Below, one piece after another: positions 58,221-64,000 of a DNA stretch of 64,000 bases. The stretch is from positions 96,001-160,000 of the forward strand of contig CAVQJC010000004.1 of assembly GCA_963712745.1 (NCBI GenBank). Direction: 5' to 3'. Source of the DNA: an uncultured Chloroflexia bacterium. GTDB taxonomy: Bacteria; Chloroflexota; Limnocylindria; Limnocylindrales; CSP1-4. The notes beneath the pieces are model-generated. The model saw only the letters and a list, made by a program, of their open reading frames with translations. It searched no databases and had not been told where the DNA came from. The translations under genes were made by a program, and so were the position numbers. Numbering within the stretch: position 1 is the first letter of the stretch; each line of letters begins with the position of its first letter.

Positions 58221-59396
58221 GTGGCTACCGACGAACAGATCCGCCTGCTCCTCGTCGAAGACGTCCCGCAGGTGTCGCAATACGTACGCAACCTACTCCA
58301 GCACCAGAAGCAGGTTCGCCTGCTCGACACCGTCACCGACGGACGTCAGGTTATGGACCAGATCCGGGAACTCCGGCCGGACGCCCTGATGGTCGACGCC
58401 CTGCTGCAGGGCAAGGTCAACGGCCTCGAGGTGGCCGAGCAGGTACGCCAGGCGGGCATCCGCATCCCCATCATCATCGTCACCGTTCCCCAGAAGCCGG
58501 TGAAGGCCGGCGAAGGCATGGGCATCACCGAGGTGCTCTCGATGCCCTTCTCGGGCTACGAGCTGATGAACGCTCTCAGCCACTCGAGCGCACGCTACCG
58601 CGCGACCGCACCCAGCGCGATGTCCCGCTCGTATGTCGTCTACTCCGGCAAGGGCGGCGTCGGTCGTACCACCATCGCCTACAACCTGGCGGTCTCGTTC
58701 GGCCAGATGGCCGGCGTTCGCGTGGTGCTCATCGACGGCGATCTCCAATTCGGCGATCTGCGCGGTCTGTTGCGCGTGCCCGACACAGCACCCTCGATCC
58801 TGCAGCTGCCCACGGACCGCATCGCCGAGAGCGACCTCGCCTCGGTGCTCTGGCGCGATCCATCGGGCATCGACCTGCTGCTGGCACCCCCGCGCGTCGA
58901 ACAGGCGGAGATGATCACCGCACGCGACGTCGAGAAGGTCATCTCGCTGCTGCGTCGCATCTACAACGTCGTGGTCATCGACTCGCCACCGGCCATCACC
59001 GACACCACGCTGGCCTACCTCGACGATGCCGACAGCATCATCAGCGTCATCACGCCCGACCGCCAGTCCGTGCGCGCCGCGCGCCTGGCGGGCCAGTCGT
59101 TCATCGCCGCCGGCATGCCGCCGAACAAGATGATGCTGGTCATGAACCGAGCCGGCAGCCCGGGCATCAAGCCCGAACAGATGGGCGCCGAGCTCGGCCG
59201 GCTACCCGATGTCGCGATCCCCGACGACCAGCAGCTCATCAAGGCCACCACCGCGGAAGGTGTCCCATTCGTCCTGGCCCAGCCGAAGGCCAGGGCCAGC
59301 CAGGAGATCGTGGGCATGGTCCAGCGACTCACCGCACAGCCCGACCCGGCCGCCGTCGCCGCCGCGGCCGCTCCGTTGACCAAGTCACCCGGCTGA
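58221..59396 (+). CDS. Receiver domain plus MinD/ParA ATPase (CpaE/TadZ-like)
   Basis: LLLVED…MVD receiver; SGKGGVGRTT, IDGDLQFGD and IDSPP; TATAGT 6 nt upstream of GTG. Confidence 0.85.
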   Translation: MATDEQIRLLLVEDVPQVSQYVRNLLQHQKQVRLLDTVTDGRQVMDQIRELRPDALMVDALLQGKVNGLEVAEQVRQAGIRIPIIIVTVPQKPVKAGEGMGITEVLSMPFSGYELMNALSHSSARYRATAPSAMSRSYVVYSGKGGVGRTTIAYNLAVSFGQMAGVRVVLIDGDLQFGDLRGLLRVPDTAPSILQLPTDRIAESDLASVLWRDPSGIDLLLAPPRVEQAEMITARDVEKVISLLRRIYNVVVIDSPPAITDTTLAYLDDADSIISVITPDRQSVRAARLAGQSFIAAGMPPNKMMLVMNRAGSPGIKPEQMGAELGRLPDVAIPDDQQLIKATTAEGVPFVLAQPKARASQEIVGMVQRLTAQPDPAAVAAAAAPLTKSPG

Positions 59397-59401
59397 CCTC
59401 G

Positions 59402-60307
59402 ATGGGCGACCCTCGACCCATCGGCTTCTTCGATTCGGGGGTAGGCGGATTGACCGTCCTGCGTGAGGTCATCCGGCGCCTGCCCTCCGAGGACACGGTC
59501 TATCTCGGCGACAACGAGCGGACGCCCTACGGTCCGCGGCCCGACGACGAGGTGGTGCGCTTCAGCATCGAGTGCCTCGACGAGCTCGCCGAGCGCGACG
59601 TCAAGGCCATCATCGTCGCCTGCAACACTTCTTCGGCCGTGGCGCTTCCGGTGCTGCGGCGCCGCTATGCGCTGCCCATCCTGGGGGTGGTGCGACCCGG
59701 AGCCACGGCCGCGGCCCTGGCCACGCGGACACGCGCGGTCGGTGTCATCGCCACCCCAGCCACCGTCCGCTCTCATGCCTACTTCGAAGCTATCAAGGAG
59801 GAGGACCCATTCGTCGAGGTCTTCGAGCACTCGACACCGGAACTGGTGCCACTCGTCGAGAGCGGTCGGCTCGATGACGCGGTCGTGGAGGCCGCCATCC
59901 GCCGGTCGCTGGCGCCATTGCTGGGAGCAGAAGTCGGCGGCGATGACGCGCCGGACGCATCCCGAGAGGCTTCGTTCGTCTTCCCCAAGGCACCAGGTGC
60001 CCGCATCGACACGCTGCTGCTGGGCTGTACCCACTATCCGCTGCTGCGGCCGGCCATCCGCGAGATCGTGGGCGATGCCATCGCGGTCATCGACTCGGCC
60101 TCCGCCACGGCCAGTGCCCTGGCCAGCCTCATCGAGGTCCATGCCCTGGGCACGCCCGAGGTTTCGCCGGGTCGCCACCTGATGCTTACCACGGGCGATG
60201 TCGGGGCCTTCGAGGCGACCGCCACCAGGCTCTTCAGAGAAGCGCTCGGGCCGGTTGATGCCATCGTCCTTCGCGGCGCCCGTGACACGGTCGGAGGACC
60301 GGTGTGA
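59402..60307 (+). CDS. murI: Glutamate racemase
   Basis: FDSGVGGLTV, PYG, ACNTS and LGCTHYP. Confidence 0.96.
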   Translation: MGDPRPIGFFDSGVGGLTVLREVIRRLPSEDTVYLGDNERTPYGPRPDDEVVRFSIECLDELAERDVKAIIVACNTSSAVALPVLRRRYALPILGVVRPGATAAALATRTRAVGVIATPATVRSHAYFEAIKEEDPFVEVFEHSTPELVPLVESGRLDDAVVEAAIRRSLAPLLGAEVGGDDAPDASREASFVFPKAPGARIDTLLLGCTHYPLLRPAIREIVGDAIAVIDSASATASALASLIEVHALGTPEVSPGRHLMLTTGDVGAFEATATRLFREALGPVDAIVLRGARDTVGGPV

Positions 60308-61509
60308 CCCTGGCCACTACCGCCAACCGTCTCCGCTCGAGCCGGGCCCTGCGGGTCGGTGTGGCCATCGGCCTGGGCGTGACCGCTCGTGCCATCGCGG
60401 GCCGTGCCGTGGCCGATCAGCCGCCCGGCCTCGTCGACTGGGCCAAGGCCGAGCGCATCGCACGCCGTCGACTCGACGCGGCGCCCGGGCGTCTTACCGC
60501 CGCCCAGCTGCGCGCGAGCGAGAGCGCCTATGCCCGTCACATGGACCGGGTCGTGCCCTTGCTCGAGCAACGGTTGGGCGCCGAGCTGCCGGGAGTCGTG
60601 GAACGCCACGCGGTCGTGAGCCGGGCGGGATGGGCGAGTGCCAACATGAAGACGTTCAAGGCGCTGGTCAGCCATCTGGAGCCAGTTCTCGCGCCGCGCC
60701 TGCCCGAAGGCAGTGTGCGCGCGGGCTTGGCGGCAGCCACGAACCGGCTGCTCACCACCGGCCAGGTCGGCTTCCTGCTGGGCTACCTCGGGTCCCGTGT
60801 CCTGGGCCAGTACGACGTAGCCCTGCTGTCGGCGGAGCAGGACCCGGGGCGTCTGCTGTACGTGGAGGAGAACATCCGGGCCACCGCGCGCCTGGTGGAC
60901 GTGCCGGTCGACGACTTCCGCCTGTGGGTGGCGCTGCACGAGACCACGCATGCCTTCGAGCTGGAGGCACACCCCTGGCTTCGGCCCTACCTGCGCGGAC
61001 GGTTGGAGCGGCAGGTCGCGCTCTTCGCTCAGGAAACCAGACGATTGCAGAACCATGGGCTCGCGCACCTGGCACGGCGCTGGCGCAGGGCGGCCCGACA
61101 GGGCTCGTGGCGCGGCCTGCTGGGACCGGAGCAGTTGAAGCTGGCCAAGGAGACGCAGCTGGTGATGAGCCTGATGGAGGGGTTCAGCGACTGGGTCATG
61201 GACGAGGTCGGCGCGGAGGTACTCCCCGACGTCACCGCCATCCGCCGCCGTTTCGAAGCCCGGCGCGGGCAACGACGGCGCACCCTGGACCGCATCATGG
61301 CCCGGCTCACCGGGATGGACATGAAGCTCGAGCAGTATCGTCGGGGCGAACGCTTCGTCGCGGGCGTCTATGGTGTCGGTGGGACTGCTGCCATCGATCA
61401 CCTGTGGGACGGACCTGAGACACTGCCGACCGAGCAGGAGATGGACGATCCGGCCCTCTGGGTGCGGCGCGTCCTGCCCGGCGCACTCGAACCAGGGGGA
61501 GGTACATGA
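60304..61509 (+). CDS. Zinc-dependent metalloprotease (DUF2342-like)
   Basis: VLGQYD, ALHETTH, SLMEG and K..QY..GE.F. Confidence 0.88.
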   Translation: MTLATTANRLRSSRALRVGVAIGLGVTARAIAGRAVADQPPGLVDWAKAERIARRRLDAAPGRLTAAQLRASESAYARHMDRVVPLLEQRLGAELPGVVERHAVVSRAGWASANMKTFKALVSHLEPVLAPRLPEGSVRAGLAAATNRLLTTGQVGFLLGYLGSRVLGQYDVALLSAEQDPGRLLYVEENIRATARLVDVPVDDFRLWVALHETTHAFELEAHPWLRPYLRGRLERQVALFAQETRRLQNHGLAHLARRWRRAARQGSWRGLLGPEQLKLAKETQLVMSLMEGFSDWVMDEVGAEVLPDVTAIRRRFEARRGQRRRTLDRIMARLTGMDMKLEQYRRGERFVAGVYGVGGTAAIDHLWDGPETLPTEQEMDDPALWVRRVLPGALEPGGGT

Positions 61510-62525
61510 CCGAAGCCACTCGTCGCGGACGCGAGCCGGCTGCCATCGCACTCACGCCCATCCTCTCGGCGCGTTACCGCGAACAGGATCTCGCCCGCAT
61601 CAGGGCTGCTGCCCCCGGGGCTCGGCTGGTCGATGTCTCGCTCGAGGGCCTATCCGACAGCTCTCTCGACGATGTCGAGGTACTCCTGCGCGGGCCCATG
61701 CCCACGGCCACCTTCGACCGGCTCCTCGCACGTTGCCCGCAGCTGCGTTGGGTGCACTCGGCCACGGCCGGGGTCGAGCGCGTGCTGACGCCCGACGCGG
61801 CCGCTCGCGGGCTCATCATCACCAACGCCAGGGGCGTCTTCAGCGAGCCCATCGCTGAGTACACGATGATGATGATCCTGTCGGTGCTGCGCCGGTTGCC
61901 GGAGCTCATCGAGCTGCAGCAGGAGCGCACCTGGCAGCCCCTGCCGGCCCGAGAGATGCGGCAGGTCACGGTGGGCATCGTGGGCCTGGGATCGATCGGC
62001 CGCAACGTCGCCCGACTGGCCCTTGGCTTCGGGGCACGCGTCATCGGCACGCGCAAGGAGCCCGACCTGCGCAAGGACTTCACCGAGCCGATCCCCGACG
62101 GCCTCGACCGCATCCTCGACCATGAGCAGCTGCCCGAGCTCCTGGCCGAGTCCGACTTCGTTGTCCTGGCCGTGCCGCTCACCAGCGAGACCGACAAGCT
62201 CATGAACGGCCCGCGGCTGGGCATGATGAAGCCGGGCTCCTGGCTCATCAACATCGCCCGTGGCCAGCTCGTCGACCAGCGCGCGCTGCTGCGGGCGCTC
62301 CGTAGCGGACCCCTCGAAGGCGCCATCCTGGACACGATCTGGGAAGAGCCGCTGCCGCCGAGCTCGCCGCTCTGGGATGCCCCCGGCCTCATCATCACGC
62401 CGCACACCTCGTGGTCCAGCGGGCGCGTGCTCGACCGCAGCATCGAGCTCTTCTGTGACAACCTCGCGCGCTTCCGTGATGGGCGTGAGATGCTCAATCT
62501 CGTCGACCCCGAAGCAGGGTACTAG
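61506..62525 (+). CDS. D-2-hydroxyacid dehydrogenase
   Basis: GLGSIG, NIARG, EEPLP..SPLW and ITPH. Confidence 0.9.
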   Translation: MTEATRRGREPAAIALTPILSARYREQDLARIRAAAPGARLVDVSLEGLSDSSLDDVEVLLRGPMPTATFDRLLARCPQLRWVHSATAGVERVLTPDAAARGLIITNARGVFSEPIAEYTMMMILSVLRRLPELIELQQERTWQPLPAREMRQVTVGIVGLGSIGRNVARLALGFGARVIGTRKEPDLRKDFTEPIPDGLDRILDHEQLPELLAESDFVVLAVPLTSETDKLMNGPRLGMMKPGSWLINIARGQLVDQRALLRALRSGPLEGAILDTIWEEPLPPSSPLWDAPGLIITPHTSWSSGRVLDRSIELFCDNLARFRDGREMLNLVDPEAGY

Positions 62526-62527
62526 GC

Positions 62528-63628
62528 ATGCAGATCGCCATCGTCGGGCTGGCTCGGTCGGGCAAGACGACCGTCTTCAACTCACTCACCAGGGGCGATG
62601 CCGCGACCGGCGGCTTTGGCGGGCTCACCGTCAATACCGGCGTGGTCAAGGTGCCCGACGAGCGGCTGACCCGTCTGACCGAGCTCTTCAAGCCCAAGCG
62701 GGAGGTCCCCGCGGACGTCACCTACGTCGACCTGCCGGCATCGGCCACCAGCGCCGAGGGCGAGCCGCACGCTGACATCCCGGCCGATCAGCTGGCCCGC
62801 CTGCGCAACGCCGACGCCCTGCTGCACGTGGTGCGCGTCTTCGAGAGCGACGCCGTACCGCATCCACTGCTTTCCATCGACCCCGCTCGCGACGTGGAGC
62901 AGCTAGAGCTGGAGTTCACGCTCGCTGACCTCGGCGTCGTCGAGAAGCGACTCGAGAAGCTGCGGCAATCGGGCCGGCATGGCACAGCCGCTGAGCGCGA
63001 AGCCAACGAGCGTGAGCAGGTCGTGCTCGAGCGCATCCATCCGGCCCTGGCCGAAGGGCGCCCCATCCGGGACGTGGGCTTGACTGAGGACGAGGCCCTG
63101 CGCATCCGCGGTTTCCGCTTCCTGACCGAGAAGCCGGTGCTGGTGTTGCTCAACGTGGGCGAGGGCGACCTTGGACGGGCCGGGGCCCTGGCCGAGGAGT
63201 TGTCCGCATCGATCGAGCACGAGCAGACCGAGGTCGCTCACATGTCGGCCCAGATCGAGATGGAGATCGGGCAACTCGACGAGGAGGAGGCACAGGTCTT
63301 TCGCGACGACCTGGGGCTGGAAGACTCGAGCATGGAGCGCGTCATCCGCGCCAGCTATCACCTGCTCGGGCTCATCAGCTTCTTCACCGCCGGCGAGGAC
63401 GAGACCCGCGCCTGGACGGTCCGACGGGGAGCGACGGCGGTCGATGCAGCCGGGACCATCCACAGCGACCTCGCACGGGGCTTCATCCGGGCCGAGGTCA
63501 TCGGCTGGGAGCAACTGCTGGAGCTGGGGTCCATGAGCGAAGCCAAGCGCCAGGGCAAGCTGCGCTCGGAGGGCAAGACCTACGCGGTCCAGGATGGCGA
63601 CGTCATCGAGGTGCTCTTCAACGTCTAG
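62528..63628 (+). CDS. ychF: Redox-regulated ATPase YchF
   Basis: GLARSGKTT, VPDERL, L.HVVR.F, ISFFT.G..E.RAW, IHSDL.RGFIRAEV and TGS domain. Confidence 0.95.
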   Translation: MQIAIVGLARSGKTTVFNSLTRGDAATGGFGGLTVNTGVVKVPDERLTRLTELFKPKREVPADVTYVDLPASATSAEGEPHADIPADQLARLRNADALLHVVRVFESDAVPHPLLSIDPARDVEQLELEFTLADLGVVEKRLEKLRQSGRHGTAAEREANEREQVVLERIHPALAEGRPIRDVGLTEDEALRIRGFRFLTEKPVLVLLNVGEGDLGRAGALAEELSASIEHEQTEVAHMSAQIEMEIGQLDEEEAQVFRDDLGLEDSSMERVIRASYHLLGLISFFTAGEDETRAWTVRRGATAVDAAGTIHSDLARGFIRAEVIGWEQLLELGSMSEAKRQGKLRSEGKTYAVQDGDVIEVLFNV

Positions 63629-63639
63629 GCGCAGCGCTC

Positions 63640-63790
63640 GTGCGTGGACGTCCGCTCAAGCACGATGGGGCCTGTATGCGGGTCCTGAGGACGGTGGCAC
63701 AAGGTGCCAGGTAGAGTGCCAGCCGGCCTGGCAGGGTACGACGTAGCGGGTAGCGGCTCCTGCCCAAGAAGCGAGCGGGGCCGCTCCAAA
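63640..63790 (+). ncRNA. Candidate structured RNA / long 3' element after ychF
   Basis: Non-coding; hairpins tgccag/ctggca and gggtag/ctgccc; shares a motif with 1886-1915. Confidence 0.3.
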
Positions 63791-63824
63791 GGGCCCGTCC
63801 CGCGAGGGGCGGGCCCCTTCTCTT
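63791..63824 (+). terminator. Intrinsic terminator
   Basis: gggcccgtccc-GCGA-ggggcgggccc stem followed by cttctctt. Confidence 0.75.
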
Positions 63825-63833
63825 GGGCTTGGC

Positions 63834-63863
63834 TAGACAACGCATACCACCACGCTGTACATT
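63834..63863 (+). promoter_or_regulatory. Sigma-70-type promoter
   Basis: TAGACA, 18-nt spacer, TACATT. Confidence 0.55.
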
Positions 63864-63945
63864 TACCTCTCACGGTCGCGCCCTGCGGTGGTCGCCGCAG
63901 CCCATCGGTGACGACCATCTGGGGGCAGAGGAACAGGCTTTGGTA

Positions 63946-64000
63946 ATGACGGCTCAGGATGCACTGAACACCCAGGATGGGCGTGACGGCCACGCGATGA
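63946..64000 (+). CDS. Possible start of a gene running out of the window
   Basis: ATG 63946 (MTAQDALNTQDGRDGHAM…), with GAGGA and a promoter upstream; too short to identify. Confidence 0.35.
   Translation, partial: MTAQDALNTQDGRDGHAM

Noticed and set aside
63694-63722. Second CIRCE element
   Set aside because: The half-site spacing is 11 nt rather than 9, the left arm is poor, and no chaperone gene follows.

Overview
A very GC-rich bacterial chromosomal segment of mostly core genes. Gene content and style suggest Chloroflexota, possibly a Limnocylindria/Ellin6529-type lineage (inference). It holds the 3' part of lhr, an ECF sigma/anti-sigma pair with a decayed second sigma copy, an OmpR-type RR-HK-ggt cluster, and an rsgA-GNAT-GNAT-truncated haemoglobin-adenylate cyclase cluster. 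Further along are a class II aldolase, mrp, cinA, CIRCE-controlled groEL without groES, tRNA-Leu-tig-clpP-clpX, valS followed by a zinc-ribbon/HTH/YihY cluster, a 75-bp tandem-repeat zinc-ribbon protein and moxR-DUF58-transglutaminase. The last part has a serine biosynthesis operon, rarA, a UvrD-nuclease fusion, a class II uvrA, agmatinase, a CpaE-like ATPase, murI and ychF. No CRISPR, rRNA, IS or prophage was seen. Four genes carry single-base frameshifts that look like assembly errors. The best leads are: (1) two multi-hairpin intergenic elements about 62 kb apart that share a motif and its spacing to a hairpin; (2) a leaderless PPG-containing leader peptide whose hairpin hides the rsgA start; (3) a globin translationally coupled to an adenylate cyclase; (4) a possible internal start in the anti-sigma gene; (5) a small HTH protein ending in a beta-clamp-like motif; (6) widespread leaderless promoters.
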